DNA of 64,000 bases from Acidobacteriota bacterium (GTDB taxonomy: Bacteria > Acidobacteriota > UBA6911 > RPQK01 > JAJDTT01), in contig CBDCJH010000002.1 of assembly GCA_965217775.1 (NCBI GenBank), positions 4,224,001 through 4,288,000 of the forward strand, written 5' to 3'. A program made the position numbers and the translations under genes. The notes beneath the pieces are model-generated. The model had not been told where the DNA came from, ran no database searches, and saw nothing but the letters and a program-made list of their open reading frames with translations. Below are positions 29,527-38,669 of the stretch, one piece after another. Position 1 is the stretch's first letter. Each line of letters begins with the position of its first letter.

Positions 29527-30324
29527 ATGAATCTGGAAAAAGCGCTGCACCACTTGAAGTTGGACGGGTGGTGCGTACTGGAGGGGATCATTCCTCCATC
29601 CCAGGTCGGAGACATCCGCCGGGGCGTCCAATCGGCGGTCGAGTCCAGTGGGGGCAGGGCCAGGATCCAGGGGGTGGGCGCCCGGACGGGGCTGCTGGCC
29701 TTCGATCAGTCCTTCAGCCCTTATCTCGCAGACCGCCGAATGTTGGATATCGCCGAAGCTCTTCTGGGGAAGCCGGTGCGGATCTCCTTCACCACGGCCA
29801 TCATCAACTATCCGGGGAACGAGCGGGGTCTCTGGCACGCCGACTGGCCCTTCAATCAGAACAGCGCCGGCCACATTCCCGCGCCCTACCCGGACATGGT
29901 CGCCCACCTGACCACCATCTGGATGCTGTCGTCCTTTTCGGCCGCGACGGGGGGCACTCTGGTCGTACCCGGGAGTCACCGGTCCTCCAACAACCCCACC
30001 GGTGACAACGGAGTCGATCCCTCGCGCACGTATCCCACCGAGATACACGCCGCCGGACGGGCCGGAAGCGTCCTCGTCTTCGACAGCCGGCTCTGGCACT
30101 CGACGGCCCCCAACCGGAGCGACCGTCCCCGGGTTGGAATGGCGGTCCGCTACGCCCCCTGGTGGCTCAACCTGGATATCCTGAGGCCCGGCTCGATCGA
30201 GCGCACGCAAATGGTGGACGAGACCGGGGGGCACGAAAACGAGCAGGTCCCGGTTCCAGCGCCGGTCTACGAGTCTCTGCCGGAGCAGGTCAAGCCGCTC
30301 TACTGGCACTGGGTGGCCGACTGA
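29527..30324 (+). CDS. Phytanoyl-CoA dioxygenase (PhyH) family Fe(II)/2-oxoglutarate enzyme
   Basis: DGWCVLEG, WHAD (HxD), GGTLVVPGSH, FDSRLWH, NRSDRPR. Confidence 0.9.
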   Translation: MNLEKALHHLKLDGWCVLEGIIPPSQVGDIRRGVQSAVESSGGRARIQGVGARTGLLAFDQSFSPYLADRRMLDIAEALLGKPVRISFTTAIINYPGNERGLWHADWPFNQNSAGHIPAPYPDMVAHLTTIWMLSSFSAATGGTLVVPGSHRSSNNPTGDNGVDPSRTYPTEIHAAGRAGSVLVFDSRLWHSTAPNRSDRPRVGMAVRYAPWWLNLDILRPGSIERTQMVDETGGHENEQVPVPAPVYESLPEQVKPLYWHWVAD

Positions 30325-30468
30325 AGGATCGAAGCCGTTCGAGGGCCGGCCCGAGTTTCTCACCGTTATGCCGAACGTACGACGTCAAAGGTCTTGTCCT
30401 CGATCACTTATGCGTTTGAATTTGAAGTCTACCGGGAACGCCCCCGGTGAGGAATACGGGTCCGTCAT

Positions 30469-32112
30469 ATGATGGGTCGACACAACCTGCCGCTCTGGAT
30501 CGTGCTGGCGACAACCGTTTCCCTGGGTCAAGTTCTGGGTCACGCCCAGGCTGAGGCCAGCACGGCGGCTGACTTCGCGAGCAGCGGCCTCCACTGGATC
30601 GACGGCGTCATCATCGCCGTCTACGCCCTGGGGATGATCTCTCTGGGCTGGTACTACCGAAGGCGCCAGAAGAGCCTGAACGAGTACTTCGTGGGCAACC
30701 GGACCATGAACCCGGGGCTCATCGGAATCTCCATGTTCGTGACCCTGTTCAGCACCATCTCCTTCCTGGCCACCCCCGGCGAAGTCTATGGAAAGGGGCC
30801 CTTCATCCTGACTTCGTCCCTCTCGATCCCCTTCTACTACCTCATCGTCGGCTATCTGATCGTCCCGGCCTACATGCGTTTTCGGCTGATCAGCGCCTAT
30901 GAGTTGCTGGAGCAGAAGCGGGGCCTGAGTGTGCGCCTGCTGGGAGCCATCCTTTTCATCATGCTCCGGTTGACCTGGATGTCCCTGCTCATCCACCTGA
31001 GCGCGCAAGCCATGCTGCTGATGCTGGGTCTGGAGCAGGACCAGCTTCCCTATGTCGCGCTGGTGATCGGGGCCGTGGCCATCATCTATGCGTCCTTCGG
31101 CGGCCTGAGAGCCGTCGTCATCACCGATTTCGTGCAGTTCTGCCTCTTGTGCGGCGGGGCGCTTCTGGTCGTGATCACGGTGACGATTCGACTCGGTGGA
31201 TTCGGTTGGTTTCCGACCGAGTGGAACTCCAGTTGGGACACTCAGCCCCTCTTCAGTCTGGATCCGAACGTCCGCCTCACGGTATTCGGATCCATTCTGG
31301 GAGGAACCCTCTGGTGGGTCTGCACCGCCGGGGGCGATCAGACGGCGGTGCAACGCTTCATGTCGGTTCGGAACGTGAGGGCGGCCAGGCGTTCCTTCCT
31401 CCTGAATTCGGCGGCCGGCATCCTGGTGAACCTGGTGCTGGCCCTCGTGGCCTTCTCCCTGCTGGGATACTTCGAGGCTCGTCCCGATCTCCTTCCCCCG
31501 GGCCTCGGGGCCGACCGCGTCTTCCCCCACTACATCGTTCACCACCTCCCCATCGGCATTTCGGGGTTGGTCGTCTCGGGCTTGTTCGCCGCGGCCATGT
31601 CGAGCGTCGACTCCGGTGTCAACTCCCTCACCGCGGTGGTCGTGACCGACTTCGTCGGGCGGTTCCGACGCCGTGCCGTGAGCGAAATCGGCCGAGTCCG
31701 CCTCTCGCAGGCACTGGCTCTCGCCATCGGACTGGTTGTGGTATTGGGCTCCTCTTTTCTGGTCGGGAACGTGCCGGGCAACTTCTTGGAAATAGCGCAA
31801 CGAACCCTTCATCTGTACGTCGGCGCCATCTTTCTGCTCTTCTTCCTGTCGTTGTTCGTTCCCTTCTCCACCGCGCTGGGAGTCATTGCCGGGTCGCTGT
31901 CGGCCCTTTTGAGCGCCGCCTCGGTGGCCTACTGGGGGACGCTCAACCAAATGACCATTGACCTGGGTTGGATTCCGCTGTCGGAACGGACGGGAATCGT
32001 GGATTTCAGCTTCCAGTGGATCCTCCCGGTATCGCTTTCCGTGGGGTTGGCGGCCGGCTGCCTGGTCAGCTTGATGCACCGCCGCCTCACTTCCTTCGAC
32101 CGAACGAATTAG
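30469..32112 (+). CDS. Sodium:solute symporter (SLC5/SSS family)
   Basis: EYFVGNR, SAYELLE, GGLRAVVITDFVQ, DQTAVQRF, AAAMSSVDSGVNS. Confidence 0.93.
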   Translation: MMGRHNLPLWIVLATTVSLGQVLGHAQAEASTAADFASSGLHWIDGVIIAVYALGMISLGWYYRRRQKSLNEYFVGNRTMNPGLIGISMFVTLFSTISFLATPGEVYGKGPFILTSSLSIPFYYLIVGYLIVPAYMRFRLISAYELLEQKRGLSVRLLGAILFIMLRLTWMSLLIHLSAQAMLLMLGLEQDQLPYVALVIGAVAIIYASFGGLRAVVITDFVQFCLLCGGALLVVITVTIRLGGFGWFPTEWNSSWDTQPLFSLDPNVRLTVFGSILGGTLWWVCTAGGDQTAVQRFMSVRNVRAARRSFLLNSAAGILVNLVLALVAFSLLGYFEARPDLLPPGLGADRVFPHYIVHHLPIGISGLVVSGLFAAAMSSVDSGVNSLTAVVVTDFVGRFRRRAVSEIGRVRLSQALALAIGLVVVLGSSFLVGNVPGNFLEIAQRTLHLYVGAIFLLFFLSLFVPFSTALGVIAGSLSALLSAASVAYWGTLNQMTIDLGWIPLSERTGIVDFSFQWILPVSLSVGLAAGCLVSLMHRRLTSFDRTN

Positions 32113-32140
32113 GAGTCAAAGAGGGCACCCACACGGGGAA

Positions 32141-32163
32141 AGAAAGGGACAGTCTCGATTCCC
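32141..32163 (+). repeat. 23-bp repeat, copy 1 (left flank of the Fic module)
   Basis: AGAAAGGGACAGTCTCGATTCCC, identical to 33347..33369. Confidence 0.85.
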
Positions 32164-32234
32164 GGAACGAACGAACGCGGAACACTCACACATGCACGAG
32201 ACCGTGCGCCGCGTGGTCGACATCCGGTCGATTT

Positions 32235-32849
32235 CTAGGGAGCGGGCCGGTTACTTGCTGGTGGGGGCTGGCCAATCAACAATCTTCGCAAAAAGTCTAT
32301 GAGAGGAGTGATGGACATATTGGCGTCAGCGAACTTCAAATGAGTGATGTATTCCCTTCGATTCCGGAGTATCAGCTCAGGGAGAATTGGGCCTCCTCTT
32401 GGCAACCCACCCAATTTGACGCAAAGAACGAAATAGCAAAGAGCCCGAGCAGTGCGACCATTTCCGTTGACGAAGGGGTGAATATGGTTCAACCTCCACA
32501 GGCAGTACGCCGCCAAGGAGACTGGGCTGGATGTGTCCCACGCCCGATTGATGACGAGGACGAAATCACGCATGAGACTAAGAACACGATCAGGTGTTGG
32601 AGCCTCGTAGTCTCCCACACTTACGTCGACTGATCGGTATTGTCCCGCCGGATCGTCAAGACATGCGATTGCGTGATAATTGAGGGCCTTGATGGTCGTC
32701 TCGGAGAGCTTATCGCCAACTCTGTCACCGACCGCAAGAGCGGCCTCAATGATTGAGACTAGGAAATGGTATTGGCCGTTCAGATTAGCGATGGAGAGAT
32801 TTCGGTATGTCGGGTGGTGTTCACTACCGAGAATATCTCTCAGGATCAT
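32235..32849 (-). CDS. Fic family protein
   Basis: HIHPFVNGNGRTAR Fic motif; AGQYRSVDV; visibly lower GC than the neighbours. Confidence 0.9.
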   Translation of the reverse strand: MILRDILGSEHHPTYRNLSIANLNGQYHFLVSIIEAALAVGDRVGDKLSETTIKALNYHAIACLDDPAGQYRSVDVSVGDYEAPTPDRVLSLMRDFVLVINRAWDTSSPVSLAAYCLWRLNHIHPFVNGNGRTARALCYFVLCVKLGGLPRGGPILPELILRNRREYITHLKFADANMSITPLIDFLRRLLIGQPPPASNRPAP

Positions 32850-32856
32850 CGCTGTA

Positions 32857-33051
32857 CTAGTCCATCTGTTTCAGTCGCTCTTCAATCTGTTCGCGAGTGA
32901 AATTCAACTCCTTCGGCTGGTTTCCGTACACAAAGGACACCCTCTGTTCGAACCGTTCTCGCCGAGTTCGTCGCCCTTGGGCCGCAGCCTTCAACTGCCG
33001 GGTGAACTCCGGGTCTTTTTCCTTCAGTTCTTCGAGCAAGGCGTTCTCCAT
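32857..33051 (-). CDS. Small helical protein upstream of Fic, putative FicA/VbhA-like antitoxin
   Basis: 64 aa MENALLEELKEK...EQRVSFVYGNQPKELN...; GGAGG RBS; stop 7 bp before the Fic start. Confidence 0.65.
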   Translation of the reverse strand: MENALLEELKEKDPEFTRQLKAAAQGRRTRRERFEQRVSFVYGNQPKELNFTREQIEERLKQMD

Positions 33052-33204
33052 GGTCCATCCTCCCTTGTATTTACCTGCGAACAGACTGTATCGCATTTTT
33101 CGCGCATGTGCGAAACACAGGAGCGGTGCACACTGACTTTGGATTCGTCCTAGTCCTTTGCTGAGCGCCGTCCGGTATTTGTGGGCCTTATATTGCTCGT
33201 CCCA

Positions 33205-33225
33205 GAAAAATAGACTGTCCCCTTC
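33205..33225 (-). repeat. GGGACAGTCT-core repeat, inverted orientation
   Basis: GAAAAATAGACTGTCCCCTTC, 20/21 identical to 33526..33546. Confidence 0.75.
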
Positions 33226-33232
33226 CAAATTC

Positions 33233-33276
33233 CGGACTCGGCAGAGATCGGTTCGGACTCGGCAGAGATCGGTTCG
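33233..33276 (+). repeat. 21-bp tandem duplication
   Basis: CGGACTCGGCAGAGATCGGTT x2 plus CG. Confidence 0.85.
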
Positions 33277-33346
33277 CACCTCTGATGACAACAACGATTC
33301 AGAACTGAGAAAGGCGAAGGAAACTCAAGCGGGGACAGGCGGGGAT

Positions 33347-33369
33347 AGAAAGGGACAGTCTCGATTCCC
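33347..33369 (+). repeat. 23-bp repeat, copy 2 (right flank of the Fic module)
   Basis: AGAAAGGGACAGTCTCGATTCCC, identical to 32141..32163. Confidence 0.85.
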
Positions 33370-33525
33370 CGTCCGGGGACGCGCACGATCCTCGTTCAAA
33401 CCTGCTTCCCCTGTTCTCCTGAACCGTCAGGAAAGTGGGGAAAGTCCAGAGTCTATTGGGCGGTTTCCGTGATCTGGGTCGTCCGGTGCCACGGTGGCAG
33501 AATCGACGGGCGGAGATCAGGCGCG

Positions 33526-33546
33526 GAAAAACAGACTGTCCCCTTC
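33526..33546 (-). repeat. GGGACAGTCT-core repeat, inverted orientation
   Basis: GAAAAACAGACTGTCCCCTTC. Confidence 0.75.
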
Positions 33547-33660
33547 TAAAAAGTCCGGGGGAAGTCCTGGTCGGCTTGATCCACCGCCGCCGATCCTTCG
33601 ACCGACTCCTGTTTCCGCCTGTGCTAACCTCTGGGTTGTTCAAGCGCAGAAAGGGGAACG

Positions 33661-34374
33661 GTGGTTCGAAAAAGAGTCGTTCTGACGCTGTCGGGCGGGA
33701 TGGACTCCACCACCCTCCTGTATCAGCTTCTCTCCCAGGGACACCACGTCCAGGCTCTGGGCATCGACTACGGACAACGTCACCTCAAGGAACTCGATGC
33801 CGCCGCCCGGATCTGCGCTCAGGCGGGTATCTCCTTCAAGAGCGCCGACCTTTCCGCGGTCGTGGGATTCCTGGCGGGAAGCGCCCTCACCAGCCCGGAC
33901 GTCGAGATCCCATCGGGCGAATACGATCCGGAGAGCATGAAGGTCACCGTGGTCCCCAACCGCAACATGTTGATGCTGGCCGTGGCCCTGGCCTGGGCCA
34001 TCTCTTCCGAATGCGACACGGTCGCCTACGCCGCCCATGCGGGCGACCATGAGGTCTATCCGGACTGCCGGCCCGCATTCGTCCAGGCTCTGGCCAAGGC
34101 TGCCGGCCTTTGCCACTACGAGCCCATCCAACTGCTGGCGCCGTTTCTGCACCTGACCAAGACCGACATCGTCCGATTGGGCAGCCGCCTGGGGGTACCC
34201 TACGATCTGACCTGGAGCTGCTACCGGGGAGAAGAGCTGCACTGCGGAAGCTGTGGGACCTGCAGCGAACGGGCCAACGCCTTCGCCCGGGCCGGAGTCC
34301 CGGACCCTACCGTCTACAGGAACCTGCCGGCCCCGTCTCCGATGGGCGTCCCGGGATCGGTCCAGGCCCGGTGA
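33661..34374 (+). CDS. queC: 7-cyano-7-deazaguanine synthase
   Basis: SGGMDS, DYGQRH..EL, TVVPNRN, YPDCRP, TWSCY...HCGSCGTC..R. Confidence 0.95.
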   Translation: MVRKRVVLTLSGGMDSTTLLYQLLSQGHHVQALGIDYGQRHLKELDAAARICAQAGISFKSADLSAVVGFLAGSALTSPDVEIPSGEYDPESMKVTVVPNRNMLMLAVALAWAISSECDTVAYAAHAGDHEVYPDCRPAFVQALAKAAGLCHYEPIQLLAPFLHLTKTDIVRLGSRLGVPYDLTWSCYRGEELHCGSCGTCSERANAFARAGVPDPTVYRNLPAPSPMGVPGSVQAR

Positions 34375-34417
34375 GCGGATCCGAACCGCAGGACGCAACG
34401 TTCAAGGGAGCTCGAAC

Positions 34418-36490
34418 ATGACCGCATTCGGCACGCACCGCCCCAACCGGCTGATCGACGAGACCAGTCCCTATCTGATCCAGCACGCCTACAACCCGGT
34501 GGACTGGAATTCCTGGAGTCCCGAAGCTCTGAACAAGGCGAAGGAACAGGACAAGCCGATTCTCCTGAGCATCGGATACTCCTCCTGTCACTGGTGCCAT
34601 GTGATGGAGCACGAATCCTTCGAGAACGAGCGCATCGCCTCCCTGATGAACGAGGGATTCATCAACATCAAGGTCGACCGGGAAGAACGCCCCGACGTGG
34701 ACTCCATCTACATGAGCTTCGTGCAGATGACCACCGGCAGCGGAGGTTGGCCGCTGACGGTCTTCCTGACGCCGGACCTGGTCCCCTTCTATGGGGGAAC
34801 CTACTTCCCTCCGGAGGACCGCTATGGGCGTCCCGGCTTCGCCCGCATCCTCCAGGGCGTGAGGGACGCCTTCGTCGAGCGCCGCCAGGAGATCGAGTCC
34901 GGCCGGGACCGGACTTTGCAGAGACTCGAGGAGGCCTTTGCGTGGGGCCTGGCCCCCGGAGATCTGGACGAGAGGATCCTCGATCAGGCCCACGATCGCT
35001 GTTACCAGCAGTTCGACCATCGCCTCGGAGGCTTCGGGCAAGCCCCCAAGTTCCCCAGCTCCATGGTTCTTGCGTTCCTGGTGCGTTCTTGCAGGAGAAA
35101 CGAACGGACTTCCGCCCGCCGGATGGTGGAGGTGTCGCTGGACGAAATGGCCCGGGGCGGGATCTACGACCAGTTGGGCGGCGGGTTCCACCGTTACTCC
35201 GTGGACGACCGCTGGCTGGTGCCCCACTTCGAGAAGATGCTCTACGACAACGCGCTCCTGGCTCGAGTCTACCTGGAGGCCTGGCAACTGACGGGCAACG
35301 GTTTCTACCGGCAGATCGTCCGCGAGACCCTGGGTTACGTTCAACGGGAGATGTGGGATCCGGAGGAGGGAGGCTTCTACTCGGCGGAGGACGCCGACAG
35401 CGAAGGCCACGAGGGCAAGTTCTACGTCTGGAGCCTCGAAGAGGTGGAATCCGCACTGGATTCGGAAACGGCGCGAATCTTCTGCGACTACTACGACGTC
35501 ACCGCCCACGGCAACTTCGAGGGCTCCAACATCCTGCATCCCCGATTGGAACAGGAGCCCTACGCCAAGAGTCTGGGCATGACCCCGGAAGAGTTGGACC
35601 GGCTCCTGGCCGGGGCCAAACGCCGGCTGTTCGAAATCCGGAGGAAAAGGATCCGGCCGGGATTGGACGACAAGGTCCTGGCTTCCTGGAACGGCATGAT
35701 GCTGACGGCTTTCGCCGAGGCCGCCTTCGCCTTGGACAGTTCGGAGTACCTGGAAACGAGCTTGAGAAACGGGGAGTTCCTCTATTCGGAGATGTGGATC
35801 GGCGGCCGCCTTCATCGGAACTGGACGGAGGGCCGAGCCCGCCTCAACGGCTATCTCGACGACTACGCCCAAGTGGCCGAGGGATGGCTGGCCCTCTACC
35901 AGGCCACCGGCGATCCGGTCTGGCTGGAACGGGCCGCCGAGGTCACGGAAGTCCAGTTGGAGCTCTTCTGGGACGAAGAGAAAGGGGACTTCCATTTCAC
36001 GCCCACGGACCACGAACGCCTGGTGATTCGGCACAAGGAATTCATGGACAACGCCACGCCCAGCGGAAACGCCGTCTCCTGCCTGAACCTGCTTCGCCTC
36101 CACAAGCTGCTGGGACGATCCGACTATCTGGAGAAGGCCGAGAGCATGCTCCGGCGAGTCTCCCTGGCCCTGGAACGACATCCGCTGGCGTTCGGCTACT
36201 GGCTTCAGGCTCTGGACCACTTTCTGGGCCCCGTTCACGAAATCGCCGTGGTCGGGACCAAAACGCAGAGAGCTCCACTGATCCAGGTGGTGAGAGACCA
36301 ATACCTTCCCAACAAGGTTCTGGCGGTTGCATCAGACGAGGATGACGGCCTCGGGGCCCGGATCCCGCTGTTGGCGGGAAAAACCTCGATCGACGGCGGG
36401 GCCGCCGCCTACGTCTGCCGGGACTACGTCTGCCAGCGGCCGGTTCGCACCGCGGAGGAACTGAGGCAGGCGATCGGGGCGGCGGGCTGA
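34418..36490 (+). CDS. YyaL/SSP411-like thioredoxin-domain protein
   Basis: [63 protein letters not shown]. Confidence 0.93.
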   Translation: MTAFGTHRPNRLIDETSPYLIQHAYNPVDWNSWSPEALNKAKEQDKPILLSIGYSSCHWCHVMEHESFENERIASLMNEGFINIKVDREERPDVDSIYMSFVQMTTGSGGWPLTVFLTPDLVPFYGGTYFPPEDRYGRPGFARILQGVRDAFVERRQEIESGRDRTLQRLEEAFAWGLAPGDLDERILDQAHDRCYQQFDHRLGGFGQAPKFPSSMVLAFLVRSCRRNERTSARRMVEVSLDEMARGGIYDQLGGGFHRYSVDDRWLVPHFEKMLYDNALLARVYLEAWQLTGNGFYRQIVRETLGYVQREMWDPEEGGFYSAEDADSEGHEGKFYVWSLEEVESALDSETARIFCDYYDVTAHGNFEGSNILHPRLEQEPYAKSLGMTPEELDRLLAGAKRRLFEIRRKRIRPGLDDKVLASWNGMMLTAFAEAAFALDSSEYLETSLRNGEFLYSEMWIGGRLHRNWTEGRARLNGYLDDYAQVAEGWLALYQATGDPVWLERAAEVTEVQLELFWDEEKGDFHFTPTDHERLVIRHKEFMDNATPSGNAVSCLNLLRLHKLLGRSDYLEKAESMLRRVSLALERHPLAFGYWLQALDHFLGPVHEIAVVGTKTQRAPLIQVVRDQYLPNKVLAVASDEDDGLGARIPLLAGKTSIDGGAAAYVCRDYVCQRPVRTAEELRQAIGAAG

Positions 36491-36522
36491 CTCCGTTCAG
36501 TCCCGCGAACTGGATTCTGTCC

Positions 36523-37152
36523 TCAGATGCCGCCAAGCCGAGTCCGAAGCTTCTGCAACGCCCTGGCGCGATGGGAGATCCGGCTCTTCTTCCCGATGGT
36601 GAGCTGGGCGAAGGTCTGGTTCAGGGGCGGATAGAAGAAGACGGGGTCGTAGCCGAAGCCGTTGGTGCCCCGGGCCTCGGGAACGATCCGTCCCCAGACT
36701 TCGCCCTGAACCTGGATTCGCTCCTCCGGCAGGGACAGGCACAACGCCGACACGAAGCGGGCCCGCGGACGAGAGTCGGGCCAGGCCGGATCGGCCTCCG
36801 CAATCAGCTTCAGCAGTTTCCGGATGCGCTCACCGTCGGTGGGGGCCAGACGGGCCGAATGGACTCCGGGACGTCCGTCCAGCACCTCCACGGCCAGCCC
36901 GGAATCCTCCGAAAGAGTGGGCACACCCGTCACCCGGGAATAGTAGCGCGACTTCAGCAGTGCATTGTCGCGGAAGGTCCGGCCGGTCTCCTCCGGCTCG
37001 GGGATGCGGGGATGGTCCGGAAGCAGATCCACCTGGACCGGGAGTCCTCGCAAGGCGTGGAGGACCTCGGCCACTTTTCCCTTATTTCGAGTTGCCAACA
37101 GGAATCGCAAAACGATCCGACGCAGGATCCGGTCGAAATAGCCGGGCGGCAT
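36523..37152 (-). CDS. rdgB: Non-canonical purine NTP pyrophosphatase (start may be TTG 37110)
   Basis: [45 protein letters not shown]. Confidence 0.93.
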   Translation of the reverse strand: MPPGYFDRILRRIVLRFLLATRNKGKVAEVLHALRGLPVQVDLLPDHPRIPEPEETGRTFRDNALLKSRYYSRVTGVPTLSEDSGLAVEVLDGRPGVHSARLAPTDGERIRKLLKLIAEADPAWPDSRPRARFVSALCLSLPEERIQVQGEVWGRIVPEARGTNGFGYDPVFFYPPLNQTFAQLTIGKKSRISHRARALQKLRTRLGGI

Positions 37153-37885
37153 CGACCGTGGTTTCTTCCAACACGGCCCGCTGCCTGGAGATCAACTGGC
37201 GGATTCCACCACGAGCCAGTTCCAGGAGTCGATCCAACTGGTCCCGTCCAAACGGGTCTCCCTCGGCAGTCCCCTGGATCTCGACGTACTCATCCTGGCC
37301 GGTCATGACGACGTTCATGTCCACTTCGGCGGCGAAATCTTCCCGGTAGTTCAGATCCAACACCGGTTCGTCTCCCACGATGCCCACGCTGACCGCGGCC
37401 ACGGGAGACAGGAGGACCGGCTGTTTCAGAGTTCGCTCCACGCGCATTCGATCCAGAGCCAGAGCCAGGGCCAGGAAGGCCCCGGTGATGGAGGTGGTGC
37501 GGGTTCCACCGTCCGCTTGAAGAACGTCACAGTCCAACCAGATGGTCCGGTCCCTCAGGAGCTGCAGATCCACGATCGCGCGCATCGACCGGCCGATCAG
37601 GCGCTGAATCTCCTGGCTCCTCCCCGAGAGCTTCCCTTTGGAGACTTCGCGAATCATACGGGTGTGGGTGGACCGGGGAAGCATCCCGTACTCGGCGGTC
37701 ACCCAACCCTGACCGGCTCCCCGCAAGAAACGGGGGACTTTCTTCTCGACGCTCGCCGTGCAGAGGACCCTAGTGTCTCCGCACTCCATCAGGACCGATC
37801 CTTCCGCGTGTTTCGTAAAGCCCGTGCTGACCTTCACAGGCCTCAACTCGTCAGGGAGCCGTCCGTCGTTTCTACGCTTCATCAC
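37082..37885 (-). CDS. rph: Ribonuclease PH
   Basis: [55 protein letters not shown]. Confidence 0.96.
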   Translation of the reverse strand: MMKRRNDGRLPDELRPVKVSTGFTKHAEGSVLMECGDTRVLCTASVEKKVPRFLRGAGQGWVTAEYGMLPRSTHTRMIREVSKGKLSGRSQEIQRLIGRSMRAIVDLQLLRDRTIWLDCDVLQADGGTRTTSITGAFLALALALDRMRVERTLKQPVLLSPVAAVSVGIVGDEPVLDLNYREDFAAEVDMNVVMTGQDEYVEIQGTAEGDPFGRDQLDRLLELARGGIRQLISRQRAVLEETTVDAARLFRPDPASDRFAIPVGNSK

Positions 37886-37921
37886 TGTCGTTCGTCTCTC
37901 CGTTCGGAAGGAACAATATTA

Positions 37922-38085
37922 ACAGCCCGTGGTGAAAGTCGTCACGGCATTCGACCGTCCCGGCGTCCTGCCGCTGCTGTGCGTTGCGACTCGGGCACAT
38001 ACTCCCGGTATGCTCCCTCCGTTGCGCCTTGTCCGGCGGGCGCAGGAACGGTCTCCGTGCTCGCGCGACTCTCACCACGGACTGT
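37922..38085. mobile_element. MITE-like element, family B, copy 1 (164 bp)
   Basis: TIRs ACAGCCCGTGGTGAAAGTCG and CGACTCTCACCACGGACTGT (18/20); homologous in inverted orientation to 44220..44379. Confidence 0.85.
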
Positions 38086-38669
38086 CACAGGAAGGGTTCC
38101 CCTATGGAAACGTGACCGGAAAGGGTGAGTTCCTGTTTGCCACCCACCAGGAACCGCACCTGATCGATCTCCTCCAGGTTCTCGACCAGCGACCGGGTGA
38201 TGGAGTGGATGGCGCACAACTCCATTCGGATTCCCCCGGCCAGGCTTTCGGCCGTCTTCCGGCTGATGTCCACCACCGCCGTCTTGTCTTCCAGAACGAA
38301 GATCTGCCGTATCGTGGCGTCTTGCCGAAAGATCGCGGTGCCTTCTTCCTCGGGACCCTGGACCAGCTCGTCGACGATCTGCCGCGCGTTGAAGACCGGC
38401 TCACCCGTCTGCAATACCGTACGCTCTTCGGACACGAGAAATCCTTCGCCCGAAGCCGTGGCGCCCGGCGCGCAGAAAAAGACACGAACCTGCATTTCGC
38501 CCGAGGAACGTCCGGAGGGGGACGGAAGGCGATCCGGCTCCGAGACCCGGATGTCCTCCAGTCCGACTCGCCGCTGCCGCTGCAGCTCCGCCTCTGTGAG
38601 GTAGTAGCCGACTCCCAGAGCGATGACGATCAACAGAAACAGGGCGAGCGCGATCCGTAGCTCGTTCAT
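38085..38669 (-). CDS. GerMN domain-containing protein
   Basis: N-terminal TM; VDELVQGP, AVVDIS, SITRSLVEN...VRFLVGG....TLSGHV; lies upstream of rph as expected. Confidence 0.88.
   Translation of the reverse strand: MNELRIALALFLLIVIALGVGYYLTEAELQRQRRVGLEDIRVSEPDRLPSPSGRSSGEMQVRVFFCAPGATASGEGFLVSEERTVLQTGEPVFNARQIVDELVQGPEEEGTAIFRQDATIRQIFVLEDKTAVVDISRKTAESLAGGIRMELCAIHSITRSLVENLEEIDQVRFLVGGKQELTLSGHVSIGEPFL

Noticed and set aside
33233-33276. Possible mini-CRISPR in the repeat-rich 32141-33546 region
   Set aside because: The 21-bp units are adjacent with no spacer, the other repeats are irregularly spaced and in mixed orientation, and no cas genes are present.
33560-34374. queC as part of a defence or DNA-modification system (Qat/Dpd), or preceded by a preQ1 riboswitch
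   Set aside because: The protein is canonical in length and motifs, no dpd/qat partners are adjacent, and no preQ1 hairpin with A-rich tail is visible.
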